Below are positions 27,517-37,335 of a stretch of DNA of 64,000 nucleotides, in pieces. The DNA is from Cloacimonetes bacterium UBA6081. Its GTDB lineage: Bacteria > Cloacimonadota > Cloacimonadia > Cloacimonadales > Cloacimonadaceae. The notes beneath the pieces were generated by a model. That model searched no databases. It was given only the letters and a program-made list of their open reading frames with translations, and was not told where the DNA came from. The stretch lies in contig DIXL01000034.1 in assembly GCA_002428685.1 (NCBI GenBank), positions 49 to 64,048 of the forward strand. Reading direction: 5' to 3'. Every line of letters starts with the position of its first letter. The first letter of the stretch is position 1. A program made the position numbers and the translations under genes.

Positions 27517-28164
27517 TTAACAATTAGTAAAAGGACGGGTATGTTTTTTATTAAGTTGGGGCAACTTTGCTATTAATGCTTGGGCTGAAACCTCTAATTG
27601 AGTAGGATTGGAGCTGTTATCAACTGCCATATCCACCATAAACAGCTTATCCTCATCCGGTATCTGGTGTTTCATCCGCAGCAAAGCACTTTCTTTGCTT
27701 TCCCCTTTTGCAATTATGCGCTGTAAACGCAGCTCCAAAGGAGCCATCACCAAGACCAGATAGTCGAAGCAATTTGTGAGGCCAGCTTCAAAAAGCAAAG
27801 GAACTTCAAAAGCCAGGTATTTGTCATCACAATTAGCCGCAGCCTCGGCAAAATCATTCAGGACAAGAGGATGTATTAGTTTATTTAAGTATTCTGTTTC
27901 ATCATAGCTATTAAACACTATGTTTGCCAGTTGTTTATGGTCAATTTTTCTCTTATCGGATTGTCCACTCTTAAGCAGAATGGATGAGGAATACCTGTTT
28001 ACCAAGGCATCAATAACTGCTGCATCTTCCAGGCGTTGTTGAGCTATGGTGTCTGCAGAAATCACTCGCAAACCATTGCTCTCTAACATATTACAAAAGC
28101 TGCTCTTACCGCTGCCGATGTTGCCTGTGATGCCAATAAGCAGGGGTTGGTTATTTGGAAACAT
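27517..28164 (-). CDS. coaE: dephospho-CoA kinase
   Basis: N-terminal P-loop IGITGNIGSGKSS and overall CoaE length. Confidence 0.85.
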   Translation of the reverse strand: MFPNNQPLLIGITGNIGSGKSSFCNMLESNGLRVISADTIAQQRLEDAAVIDALVNRYSSSILLKSGQSDKRKIDHKQLANIVFNSYDETEYLNKLIHPLVLNDFAEAAANCDDKYLAFEVPLLFEAGLTNCFDYLVLVMAPLELRLQRIIAKGESKESALLRMKHQIPDEDKLFMVDMAVDNSSNPTQLEVSAQALIAKLPQLNKKHTRPFTNC

Positions 28165-28897
28165 CGGTTAAAATTTGCATTAGCTCTTCGAAAGCCACAT
28201 TGGTTTGGATGATACCACTTTTAGCCACAGCTACCTGGCCATTTTGCTCAGAAACAATTATCGCAATGGCATCACTTAGTTCGGTTATCCCAATTCCTGC
28301 TAAATGCCGGGTTCCGAATTTGCGGGCATAATCTGGATTTTTAGATAGAGGTAATACAACTTTTGCAGCCATAATTCGTTCGTCACGAATAATAATGGCT
28401 CCATCGTGCAAAACGCTTTTGGGATTGAAAATGGTAAGAATCAAACGCATGGAAATTGCCGCATCAAGTGGTTCTCCACTATGGATGAATTCATGGAGTT
28501 TTCGTTTGTTTTCCAGAACAATCAAAGCCCCCGTTTTGCGGAAACTCATAGAAGATACAGCGTCTATAATGGGAGAATACAGGCTTGTCTTTTCCTGTTT
28601 GCGAAAGGCTAAGCCTAATTCCCTCGATAGATTAAGACGTGCTAAGATTGAGCGTAATTCTGGTTGGAAGAGGATCACCACGGCAATAATCCAGTAATTG
28701 CGAATAGCACTTAACAGAGATGAAACCACCTTCAGATCAAAAACTACAGCCAAAAAATACAGTAGCAGGATGAATAACAATCCCCATAGAACTTGGTAAC
28801 CCCCTGATTTGCGAAAAATTAGCAATGATTGGTAAATAAGGAAGGCTATTAGCAGAATATCTACAATGTCTTTAAAGCGTGGGATTAGAAAGTCCAT
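28151..28897 (-). CDS. cdaA: diadenylate cyclase (c-di-AMP synthase), membrane-anchored CdaA type
   Basis: Three N-terminal helices are followed by DAC motifs DGAIIIRDERI and GTRHLAGIGITE...AIIVSEQNG. The start is set at MDFLIPRF (TGATG junction with the folP stop); the track start is 28927. Confidence 0.85.
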   Translation of the reverse strand: MDFLIPRFKDIVDILLIAFLIYQSLLIFRKSGGYQVLWGLLFILLLYFLAVVFDLKVVSSLLSAIRNYWIIAVVILFQPELRSILARLNLSRELGLAFRKQEKTSLYSPIIDAVSSMSFRKTGALIVLENKRKLHEFIHSGEPLDAAISMRLILTIFNPKSVLHDGAIIIRDERIMAAKVVLPLSKNPDYARKFGTRHLAGIGITELSDAIAIIVSEQNGQVAVAKSGIIQTNVAFEELMQILTDVSK

Positions 28898-29721
28898 CAG
28901 TTTACTCCTGCCTTGGACAGATGGCAAAAGACATCCAAAAATCTCTTATGGGCAAGGACGTCATGAACTCGTAGAATCTCTACCCCTCCCAAAACAGCAA
29001 ATGCCGCAGCAGCCAAGCTACCCTCCAGCCTTGATTCCATTGGAGTGGGGCTAATCATATTGATAAAGCTTTTGCGGCTGGCTCCCAATACCATTGGCAA
29101 GCCTAATGTATTAAAATAGTAAAGTTTAGCTAGGATTATAGAGTTGTGTTCCAACGTTTTGCCAAATCCTATCCCCGGATCAAGCAGGATGTTTTTATGC
29201 TTTATACCGCCATGCAGGCAAAACTTTATTCTCTCTTCAAAAAAATCTTTGATTTCGAATAAAACATCATCGTAATATGGATTCAGTTGCATGTTTTGCG
29301 GGGTTCCCTGCATATGCATCAAGATTACTTTTACCTGTGGATGCGCTGCGATAACTCCGACCATGGCGTTATCGTAGCGTAAGGCAGAAATGTCGTTAAT
29401 AATATTAGCACCCATTTTGATGGCTTCTCTGGCAACGGAAGCTTTCTGAGTGTCGATAGAGTAAATGATTTCGGGATGGCTTTTCTTTAAGGCCGTTAGA
29501 ACAGGAATAACTCGCTCCAATTCTGTCTCTTCTGAAACAGGAATTGAACCCGGACGCGTGGACTCCGCCCCAATGTCTATAAGCTGTGCTCCGTCATGAA
29601 TCATTTGTTCAGCGTGATTTATGGCACTGGCACAATCTAAAAACAGTGCTCCATCCGAGAAGGAATCTTCGGTGAGATTTAAAATTCCCATAATCCTGGG
29701 GCAGGTTTGTTTACTGCTCAT
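28897..29721 (-). CDS. folP: dihydropteroate synthase
   Basis: GILNLTEDSFSDG, DIGAESTRPG and DPGIGFGK motifs. Confidence 0.9.
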   Translation of the reverse strand: MSSKQTCPRIMGILNLTEDSFSDGALFLDCASAINHAEQMIHDGAQLIDIGAESTRPGSIPVSEETELERVIPVLTALKKSHPEIIYSIDTQKASVAREAIKMGANIINDISALRYDNAMVGVIAAHPQVKVILMHMQGTPQNMQLNPYYDDVLFEIKDFFEERIKFCLHGGIKHKNILLDPGIGFGKTLEHNSIILAKLYYFNTLGLPMVLGASRKSFINMISPTPMESRLEGSLAAAAFAVLGGVEILRVHDVLAHKRFLDVFCHLSKAGVN

Positions 29722-30400
29722 CCACTACAAACTTACAGCGAATTCGATACAAACGTTCGGGATTATAAGCTCCCCGAAATCCAAATTTCCAGGAAGCCAT
29801 GGCTTTGCGCACAGATTCCAGATAAGCGGCAGAATTGTAACTAAGGACATTTATGGAGCTGGAATCTACTTTGCCTGTGGGAGTTAGCTTAAATTCCAGA
29901 TAGACTTCACCTTCTTCTGTGGGAACTATTTGGGGTTTTGGTTGCGAAATTATGTAGGCTTCTCCCCCACCCTGTTCCATACTTGCTGAAAAGCCAAGAT
30001 TCCCCGTAGCCAAATTTTCACCCATGTTACGCAAGGTAGAGGAAAATTTTCGTACTGCCCGAACCGGAGCATTCGTGCTGGCACTGATATCAATAGGCTT
30101 GGGCACATCTAAAATGGGAGCAATTTCCGCCGGAATAACATTGGCAGGACTGGTGCCTTTGTTTTCTTCTCTAACTGTTTCCTGAACAGGTGTGCTGTCC
30201 TCTTCAACCGCCTTTCCAGAAACTCCTTTGTTAGAAGCTGGTTCTTGTAGCGGTTTGGCAGGATCCAATTCCCATTCAAAGCTATGCCACCGGCTGGGAA
30301 CAAAGGGTTTAATTATCAGCAACGCCAGAATAATAAGCAGAATAAGATGGACAAAGGCAGAAACCGTGTATCCGTTTACAAGGCGTTGATTTAGCTTCAC
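29711..30400 (-). CDS. TonB-family energy transducer
   Basis: The GTG at 30400 overlaps the exbD stop (GTGA). A single N-terminal helix (SAFVHLILLIILALLII) is followed by a Pro/Glu-rich linker and a C-terminal beta domain, directly after exbB-exbD. Confidence 0.65.
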   Translation of the reverse strand: MKLNQRLVNGYTVSAFVHLILLIILALLIIKPFVPSRWHSFEWELDPAKPLQEPASNKGVSGKAVEEDSTPVQETVREENKGTSPANVIPAEIAPILDVPKPIDISASTNAPVRAVRKFSSTLRNMGENLATGNLGFSASMEQGGGEAYIISQPKPQIVPTEEGEVYLEFKLTPTGKVDSSSINVLSYNSAAYLESVRKAMASWKFGFRGAYNPERLYRIRCKFVVDEQ

Positions 30401-30804
30401 TGCTGCTTTCCCACTTCTGTAGTGGCAACAAAAATGCGTTCGTAACCACAAGAACGAATTATATCCATCAAAGTTATAAGTTTTTGCACCTGAACGGTGT
30501 TTTCGGTAGCAATCCGAACCACCTGCTCATTGCTTTTGAATTGCTGTTTCAGTAATTCAGGAAGTTGCGAATAGCTTACCGGTTGCTCCATAAAAAACAA
30601 GTGCTCATCATCATAATAGGTAATCAACAGGGTTTGATGGCTTTGCCGCACCGAGGTTGTAGAGCTTGGAAGCTTGATAGGCAGTCCGGTTTGGCTGGCA
30701 AAATTGGACGCTATCAACAAAAAGATTAACAACAAAAAAATGACATCTGTCATAGAAATGAGCATGGTTGAGGCTATTCGCTGTTTGCTAACCCTAAGCT
30801 TCAT
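30397..30804 (-). CDS. exbD: biopolymer transport protein ExbD/TolR
   Basis: Single helix MTDVIFLLLIFLLI and a periplasmic domain. It is 135 aa and overlaps exbB by 4 nt. Confidence 0.8.
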   Translation of the reverse strand: MKLRVSKQRIASTMLISMTDVIFLLLIFLLIASNFASQTGLPIKLPSSTTSVRQSHQTLLITYYDDEHLFFMEQPVSYSQLPELLKQQFKSNEQVVRIATENTVQVQKLITLMDIIRSCGYERIFVATTEVGKQQ

Positions 30805-31430
30805 TGTTTGGCCTGGCTTTTTAGGTTTTGATATTTAATTGTGTATTCCACAGCACTATCCTGCATGTCTTTTACGATGTTTTCCAAGTATTGCACGAGG
30901 TCGTTGTAAAATATAATTACCACAATACCCACAATCAAGCCACCGATAGTAGTTAATAAGGCTTCCCAGATTCCGCCAGCCAGCATGGAGATATCCACGC
31001 CGCTTTGGCTGTTGCCCTGGATGTTCATAAACACTTTAACCATACCGATAACAGTGCCCAAAAAACCAATTAGCGGAGCTATGGCCGCAAAAGTGGAAAG
31101 CCAACCCATCCCGCGCTCCAATTCGTGCAGTTGTAAATTTGCCGTAGATTCCATGCTTTGGTTAATTAGATCCGGATTGTCAGTTTTGCTGTTTAGCAGC
31201 TTATCCAGCATTACTCCCAGGGGACTTTGCTCGCCATGAATCTGCAGCACACTGCGCATATTATCCAGCTTGTCTTGTTGGCCTAAAGCATTTTGCAGTT
31301 TATGATTAGCAGCTTTCACTTTTTTTAGTTGGCGGTATTTTTCTATCACGATGCCAAGGGCAATTACCGAAATTACCATCAGCACATACATCAGGATTCC
31401 ACCGCGGACTATTAAACTGAGAACAGACAT
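30801..31430 (-). CDS. exbB: MotA/TolQ/ExbB proton-channel protein
   Basis: The conserved C-terminal half LSTFAAIAPLIGFLGTVIGMV...GIWEALLTTIGGLIVGI is typical of ExbB/TolQ. Confidence 0.85.
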   Translation of the reverse strand: MSVLSLIVRGGILMYVLMVISVIALGIVIEKYRQLKKVKAANHKLQNALGQQDKLDNMRSVLQIHGEQSPLGVMLDKLLNSKTDNPDLINQSMESTANLQLHELERGMGWLSTFAAIAPLIGFLGTVIGMVKVFMNIQGNSQSGVDISMLAGGIWEALLTTIGGLIVGIVVIIFYNDLVQYLENIVKDMQDSAVEYTIKYQNLKSQAKQ

Positions 31431-31480
31431 TATACCTCTCGTAGATTATTATTTGTTTAGCAGTTATATATGCCAGTAGT

Positions 31481-31518
31481 CCTTGCCACCGGAACTATTT
31501 AAATAGCCGATGGCAAGG
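31481..31518 (-). terminator. 12-bp stem hairpin between serC and exbB (no U tract)
   Basis: CCTTGCCACCGG (31481-31492) pairs with CCGATGGCAAGG (31507-31518), with one G-U pair in the minus-strand RNA. The loop is itself palindromic (CTATTTAAATAG). Confidence 0.3.
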
Positions 31519-31573
31519 CTATCTGGCTTTCTTGAATATTGTGTTTTAATCTTTCCTTTTTTTTCTCTGGTTT

Positions 31574-32659
31574 CTATCCATGCTGCTTTTGAAAGCTCTT
31601 CATAAATTCTGATAAAGCATGTGCTGAAGTTAAGGGCAAAGAGTTATAGGTAGAAGCTCTGCAACCACCCACATCACGATGTCCTTTCAAGCCAATCATA
31701 TTCTGCTTTTTGGCTTCGCTGATGAACAGATTTTCCAGTTCTTCACTGGGCAAGCGGAAGGTGATATTCATCAAAGAGCGGTCAGCTTTATCCACTGTGC
31801 CCTTGTAAAAGCCGTTGGAGGCATCAATGGCGTTATAGATATAATTGGCTTTGGCAATGTTATTCAGTTCAATCTTTTCCAGCCCGCCATAGTTTTCAAT
31901 CCATTTTACTACTAATCCAATCATATAAATGGCAAAAGTGGGCGGAGTATTATACATACTGCCGTTTTTGGCATTGATTTGATAATCCAGCATACTGGGA
32001 AGACCCGAAGCAGCACTGGCTAAAAAGTCCTTTTTAATCAGCACAACCACACAACCTGCGGGGCCAACATTCTTCTGTGCACCAGCGTAAATCAGAGAGT
32101 ATTTTTCCACATCAATCGGTTTGCTCATAAAGTTGGAGCTCATATCAGCAATCAAAGGTATTCCGGCCGGAACATCGGGATCAGTTTTCCACTCAGTGCC
32201 AAAGATAGTGTTATTTGTGGTTATATGCAGATAGCTGGGATTGTCCGAGAGAGCCCAGGTTTTGGGAATGTAAGCAAAGTTACGATCTTCGGAAGTGGCG
32301 GCTACATGCACGTTTTTGCCTATCTTTTTAGCTTCACTGATGGCTTTTTTGCTCCACTGTCCTGTGTTGATGTAGTTGGCTTCCTTGCCCTCATGCGCAA
32401 AGCTCATCGGTACCATCAGGAATTGCATACTGGCTCCACCTTGAACAAATAGCACTTCCCAATCGTCACCAAGCCCATAAACCCGCTTGATTGCCGCATT
32501 AGTTTCGTCGATAATTGCCTGATACTCTTTGCTGCGATGGCTCATTTCCATTACAGAAAGTCCCATCCCCTTATAATTTACAAAATCTGCCTGTGCTTCA
32601 ATCAACACTTCTTCTGGCAGAACCGCTGGACCTGCGTTAAAGTTATGTAAGCGTTCCAT
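31574..32659 (-). CDS. serC: phosphoserine aminotransferase
   Basis: FNAGPAVLP N-terminus, a PLP-binding region (YAGAQKNVGPAG) and 361 aa overall. Confidence 0.9.
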   Translation of the reverse strand: MERLHNFNAGPAVLPEEVLIEAQADFVNYKGMGLSVMEMSHRSKEYQAIIDETNAAIKRVYGLGDDWEVLFVQGGASMQFLMVPMSFAHEGKEANYINTGQWSKKAISEAKKIGKNVHVAATSEDRNFAYIPKTWALSDNPSYLHITTNNTIFGTEWKTDPDVPAGIPLIADMSSNFMSKPIDVEKYSLIYAGAQKNVGPAGCVVVLIKKDFLASAASGLPSMLDYQINAKNGSMYNTPPTFAIYMIGLVVKWIENYGGLEKIELNNIAKANYIYNAIDASNGFYKGTVDKADRSLMNITFRLPSEELENLFISEAKKQNMIGLKGHRDVGGCRASTYNSLPLTSAHALSEFMKSFQKQHG

Positions 32660-32799
32660 GTGTATCCTCCTGGATATTTTTGTTTACATTGGAGCAAGGA
32701 TTTCCAAAGCCAATTTTTAAGGCAAGCTATTTTTTTGCTTTTTAGAATTCTATTGACGGAATAGGCCATAACAGTTAATTAGCCCAAAGGTGTAAACGT

Positions 32800-33609
32800 A
32801 TGATACATGAAATGTTAAAAGATAAAAAGGTCATTCTGGCTTCTGCCTCGCCACGCCGGGCAGAGCTTTTTAAGTTATTAGGAATTAATGCCAAAATAAT
32901 CCCTGCTGATGTGGCCGAACCGTTAACAGATGAACTACCTCCAATTCAAGCAATTCACCATGCCTCAAACAAGGCTTCGTTAATCTCGGAAAAGTATGGT
33001 GCTAGTAACCTCGTTGTTGCCGCGGATACGGTAGTGGCCATCGATAAACATATTTTAGGCAAGCCAGATAGCGTAGCACAGGCCTGTCAGTATTTAAAAT
33101 TGCTTTCTGGGCGCAAGCACAGCGTTTTCACCGGACTATGTCTGATGCTTGAGGGTAAAACACTTAGTTCCTACGAACACACCTTTGTTCAGTTTGCCGC
33201 ATTAAGCGAAACCGAGATAGAGGCTTACATTGCCACCCAAGAACCCATGGACAAGGCCGGTGCTTATGGCATCCAAGGTTACGGAGCACAGTTCATCGTA
33301 TCAGTTCAAGGCTGCTATTTTAATGTGATGGGGTTACCGATCCGCTTGTTTTACAATACTTTGCAAGCATTGTTAGGGATACAGAATTCAACAGATGTGG
33401 AGTCGTTTCAGCCTTACCCAGGCTCAAATATGTCTCCCATTTTCAAGGCTGAAAGGACTACACACGACACCCAGTCAACCCAGCAATCGCCGTTTATAGT
33501 CCATTCCGCCGTGAAGACTGAGCCTTATTTAAGCCAGAACAAGGCAGAATCGACTCCAAACTTTCAATCATCCCCTCAGCTTCCGACCCTGCCCAAGGAT
33601 ACATTATGA
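32800..33609 (+). CDS. maf: Maf-like nucleoside-triphosphate pyrophosphatase with about 75-aa repeat-derived C-terminal extension
   Basis: ILASASPRR, ADTVV and KAGAYGIQG motifs. Canonical Maf would end near ...RLFYNTLQALL (about 33375). The ORF continues through two palindromic elements to a TGA that overlaps the next gene's ATG (ATGA at 33606-33609). Confidence 0.85.
   Translation: MIHEMLKDKKVILASASPRRAELFKLLGINAKIIPADVAEPLTDELPPIQAIHHASNKASLISEKYGASNLVVAADTVVAIDKHILGKPDSVAQACQYLKLLSGRKHSVFTGLCLMLEGKTLSSYEHTFVQFAALSETEIEAYIATQEPMDKAGAYGIQGYGAQFIVSVQGCYFNVMGLPIRLFYNTLQALLGIQNSTDVESFQPYPGSNMSPIFKAERTTHDTQSTQQSPFIVHSAVKTEPYLSQNKAESTPNFQSSPQLPTLPKDTL
33397..33465 (+). repeat. family-A palindromic element copy inside the 3' end of the maf ORF
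   Basis: GTGGAGTCGTTTCAGCC (33397-33413) ... GGCTGAAAGGACTACACAC (33447-33465), translated as [24 protein letters not shown]. Confidence 0.85.
33511..33561 (-). repeat. degenerate, shorter family-A element in opposite orientation
   Basis: GTGAAGACTGAGCC (33511-24) ... GGCAGAATCGACTCCAAAC (33543-61) resembles the reverse-complement form of the element (GTGTAGTCCTTTCAGCC...GGCTGAAACGACTCCAC). Confidence 0.5.
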
Positions 33610-35060
33610 CCCTATACACCAACGCTTATCTCTGGATAAATGATGCTTGGACTGCCCAACCTGCTGCACTCCTTGTAGATAATGGCATCATCACAGACAT
33701 CCTTTATCACAATCTCCCAACCAATGTTGCAAGTATAAATCTCTATGGCGCATACTGTTATCCAGGTTTTACCGACACCCACACTCATAGTTTTGAGGGC
33801 GGGTTATACAGCCTAGGAGTGGATTTATCCGTGGTAAGAACCATCCCTGAGCTACTTGCCCTGCTTGGCGCAAATAAACACAACTCTGCCGACACCCTCT
33901 TTGCCTGGCAACTGGATGAAGCCCAACTGGCCGAAAAACGCTTTCCTACGATAGCAGAACTTGATTCTGTGATAAACCTCCGCCCGCTTGTTTTGCGTCG
34001 CATAGACGGCCATTCCTGCATGTTGAACACCGCTGCCCGAGCCTTGGTGCCTGGCTTAACCACCAAAGACGAAATCCTCCGTGGAACCGAAAACGACCAC
34101 GCTGTGCATTATTTCCACAAACAGATACAGCCGGATACCATCTTACAAGCTTACCAAGCCGCTGCCAAAATCGCCTTACAAGGTGGCTTTACGGGCATTC
34201 ACACTATGATTGGCGACGCAGATAACAGCATTGGCCATTACAGCCTTATCCGCGACAACCTAAGCAAGTTCCCCATCTCATACACCATTTATCCACAGTC
34301 TTTTAACCTAAAGGCCGCTTTGGACGCAGGTGCTTCAAGGATAGGCGGTTGCATCCTGGCTGATGGTTCAATTGGCTCTATGACTGCTGCACTCAATTCT
34401 CCCTACGAAAACAGCGACAGCCGAGGAGTTTTATACCAAAGCGACCAGTTCTGGGCTGATTTTATCACCCAAGCCGCCAAACACAAGTTTCAAGTGGCGG
34501 TGCACTGCATCGGCGACCGTGCCATCAAACAGATAAATGACGTTTATAAGTCCCTTGATAGCACTCCTTTACTGCGCCATCAGTTGATTCATTGCGAACT
34601 GACAGATAACACCCTGATAGAGGAAATTTATGCTTCGGGAGCTGTGCCCGTGATGCAGCCCAATTTTGATTTATTGTGGGGTGGTGATGAGGGTTTTTAC
34701 GCTCGTAAACTTGGTGGACAGCGCAGCCGGATCATGAACCGCTTTGCCAGCCTAATGAACCATAGCATCAGGGTTTGCGGTGGTTCAGATTGGTATATTA
34801 CAGCTCTGAATGCACCCATGTCCATCATCGCTGCCATGAATCATCACAACCCTGCGGAACGGCTAACCCATGCCCAAGCGATAGCTATATACACCAAAAA
34901 CGCCGCCTGGTTAAGCCACGAGGAAAACTCGCGCGGGGCTATCAAACCAGGCTGTCAGGCCGATTTTACAATTGTAAACCAACCTCTTGACAACTTTGGC
35001 ACTCAACCTATAATCCAAAAGGTTATCTGTAAAGGAGTTATCCGCTATGAACAAGTTTGA
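33606..35060 (+). CDS. metal-dependent amidohydrolase (YtcJ-like, amidohydrolase-3 type)
   Basis: PGFTDTHTHSFEGG (HxH metal site), AVHCIGDRA and GSDW motifs. Confidence 0.7.
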   Translation: MTLYTNAYLWINDAWTAQPAALLVDNGIITDILYHNLPTNVASINLYGAYCYPGFTDTHTHSFEGGLYSLGVDLSVVRTIPELLALLGANKHNSADTLFAWQLDEAQLAEKRFPTIAELDSVINLRPLVLRRIDGHSCMLNTAARALVPGLTTKDEILRGTENDHAVHYFHKQIQPDTILQAYQAAAKIALQGGFTGIHTMIGDADNSIGHYSLIRDNLSKFPISYTIYPQSFNLKAALDAGASRIGGCILADGSIGSMTAALNSPYENSDSRGVLYQSDQFWADFITQAAKHKFQVAVHCIGDRAIKQINDVYKSLDSTPLLRHQLIHCELTDNTLIEEIYASGAVPVMQPNFDLLWGGDEGFYARKLGGQRSRIMNRFASLMNHSIRVCGGSDWYITALNAPMSIIAAMNHHNPAERLTHAQAIAIYTKNAAWLSHEENSRGAIKPGCQADFTIVNQPLDNFGTQPIIQKVICKGVIRYEQV

Positions 35061-35616
35061 TTTTTATTTATCGGGAAAGGACACCACCGCTGTTGTGGAA
35101 ACCGAGCTTGCATTGCATCCCAATTTGGAGCTGAAAGACCTCTATAAGCTGATTTATCAGGCATTTTATGGACCCGCCCATATCGTACAAAATGTGCAAA
35201 CTGTGGCTGCCAGTATCTATAACGAAGTTATGGACATGAAGGATACCTATTTCCCTTTGTATCAGGATATTGGCAATAAGCAAGGATATTGGCGGCTGAG
35301 CCTGGGTTGGCTACTGCCGGACAAGCTTCAGGGCGAGACGGCTTTGCGCGCCAAGGCTGAAATCCTGGCCGAGCTTATGCGGCTGTCTATCCCGGAAATC
35401 CCTCATCAAATGAGCATAACTGAGCGGTGGAACCTGGAAAGCATCATAATCAAAGAGCTTTTCCCTGCCTCTGAAATAGCCTGGCAAGAAGTTAACGCCT
35501 TGGCTTTAGCCGGGCAAATCCCCAGCCATTCACTTGTCTATAAACAAGCCTACAATCCCCACTATCGCTTAATCCATCCCTGCGTAAGCGAGAAACTGAT
35601 CCAGATCATGAACTAA
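35047..35616 (+). CDS. hypothetical protein
   Basis: 189-aa ORF overlapping the amidohydrolase stop by 14 nt, with plausible coding composition. No family recognised. Confidence 0.55.
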   Translation: MNKFDFYLSGKDTTAVVETELALHPNLELKDLYKLIYQAFYGPAHIVQNVQTVAASIYNEVMDMKDTYFPLYQDIGNKQGYWRLSLGWLLPDKLQGETALRAKAEILAELMRLSIPEIPHQMSITERWNLESIIIKELFPASEIAWQEVNALALAGQIPSHSLVYKQAYNPHYRLIHPCVSEKLIQIMN

Positions 35617-35639
35617 AATTTACAATATATGGAGAATAA

Positions 35640-37082
35640 ATGAATCCTGTCCGAGTCCGTTTTGCTCCCAGTCCCACTGGTTATTTGCACATCGGGGGGC
35701 TTCGCACCGCTTTATACGACTACCTTTTTGCCCGCTCTACCGGAGGGAAATTTATCCTGCGCATCGAAGACACAGACCAAAGCCGCGAAGTGCCCGGTGC
35801 GGTGGAAAACCTGATTGATGCGCTACATCAGCTTGGCATGGATTTTGATGAAGGCCCCGGTGTGGGAGGCCCCTTTGCACCATACATCCAGTCTCAACGC
35901 CTGGATTCATACCGCGAACATGCCCAAAAACTACTGGACAGCGGACATGCCTATCACTGTTTTTGCACCTCAGATACTCTTACTCAAATGCGCAAAGCAC
36001 AACAAGCCAAGGGGCAATTTGTGAAATATGACAGACGCTGTTTAAACCTGAGTAAAAGTGAAGTTGACGCACGTTTGGCAGCGGGAGAAAAGCATGTTGT
36101 CCGCCTAAAAATGCCCGATAATAGAAAGTTTGTGTTTAACGATCTCATCCGCGGACAGGTGGAGATGGATGCCAGCCAATCGGACGACCAAGTTCTGATT
36201 AAAAGTGACGGATTCCCAACCTATCATCTTGCCGCTGTTGTAGATGACCACTTTATGCATATCAGCCATGCAATTCGGGGAGAGGAATGGCTTTCAAGCA
36301 CTCCCAAGCATATCTGGCTTTACGAATGCCTTGGCTGGGAAGCTCCTAATTGGGTGCATCTTCCTCTCATACTTAATACTGACCGCAGTAAGCTAAGTAA
36401 ACGCATGAATGATGTATCGGTAGAAAGCTATATAACAAGGGGATACCTTAAGGAAGCTCTGCTAAACTTTGTAGCCTTAATGGGTTGGCACACTGCTGAT
36501 GACCGCGAACTATACAGCCTGGAAGAACTTTGTGAAGTATTTTCTTTAGATAGGGTAAACAAAGCCGGAGCAGTATTTGATCTCAGTAAGCTGGATTGGA
36601 TGAATGGCCAATATCTGCGCAGTTTACCTTTGGAAACCATTGCAAAACGCTGTAAGCCATATTTCACCGCAGCCGGACTGGACACTGGTTCGCAGGAAAT
36701 GTATCATAAAGCTGTGGCAGCAGCACGGGAAAGAAGCACCTTGCTACCAGAAATTGTGGATTACTGCAAAATGTTCTACTCCTCCGGCGAATTGGGAACA
36801 GCGGATTTGGAACAAATCTCCAGCCCGGATTCTCAAAGAGTGCTTGCTTGGTTTATTGCCAATTTGCCTGCCAATTTGCCTTTGGATGTAGATAAAGTCC
36901 ATGCTCTTACCCAAAAGGCCATCACCGAGCTTGGCATTAAAGGTAAGGCTTTTTACACACCTCTGCGCCTGGCGTTAATTGGTCAGGCACATGGCCCTGA
37001 TTTACCTACAACCTTCTCTATTCTGGGAGATTTCGAAGCATTGTCCAGACTGACAAAATTCTACACGGCTAAACCGCTATAA
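35640..37082 (+). CDS. gltX: glutamate--tRNA ligase
   Basis: RFAPSPTGYLHIGGLRTAL (HIGH) and KLSKR (KMSKS) motifs; 480 aa. Confidence 0.92.
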   Translation: MNPVRVRFAPSPTGYLHIGGLRTALYDYLFARSTGGKFILRIEDTDQSREVPGAVENLIDALHQLGMDFDEGPGVGGPFAPYIQSQRLDSYREHAQKLLDSGHAYHCFCTSDTLTQMRKAQQAKGQFVKYDRRCLNLSKSEVDARLAAGEKHVVRLKMPDNRKFVFNDLIRGQVEMDASQSDDQVLIKSDGFPTYHLAAVVDDHFMHISHAIRGEEWLSSTPKHIWLYECLGWEAPNWVHLPLILNTDRSKLSKRMNDVSVESYITRGYLKEALLNFVALMGWHTADDRELYSLEELCEVFSLDRVNKAGAVFDLSKLDWMNGQYLRSLPLETIAKRCKPYFTAAGLDTGSQEMYHKAVAAARERSTLLPEIVDYCKMFYSSGELGTADLEQISSPDSQRVLAWFIANLPANLPLDVDKVHALTQKAITELGIKGKAFYTPLRLALIGQAHGPDLPTTFSILGDFEALSRLTKFYTAKPL

Positions 37083-37085
37083 ATG

Positions 37086-37250
37086 CCCCAGCTTGCTTGC
37101 TTAGTCAGATAGAATCTAAAACATAGCCACCAAATAAACTCCCATAGATTCTTTTGGAGGCTATTAGCACGTTATTTTGTCAAAATAAACGGGGTGAGCA
37201 AGTAAGGTGTCAGGTGTTTGGAGAAAGATGTTAAGGGCCAGGTTTCAGTG
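37086..37250. repeat. mosaic intergenic repeat words (CTTGCTTGCTTAG; GGGGTGAGCAAGTAAGGTGTCAGGTGTTTGG; CCAGGTTTCAGTG)
   Basis: CTTGCTTGCTTAG (37092-37104) recurs at 46584-46596. GGTGTCAGG/GGTTTCAG words are the complement of CCTGAAACCTGACACC at 4165-4181. The two ends are loosely complementary. Confidence 0.6.
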
Positions 37251-37335
37251 AGTTAGCGGGCCACGTGTATGTATAGGGGCAGCTTTACTAAGAAAAAGCT
37301 TCAATTGGAATAAGGCTTGCTTAATTGATAAATAG

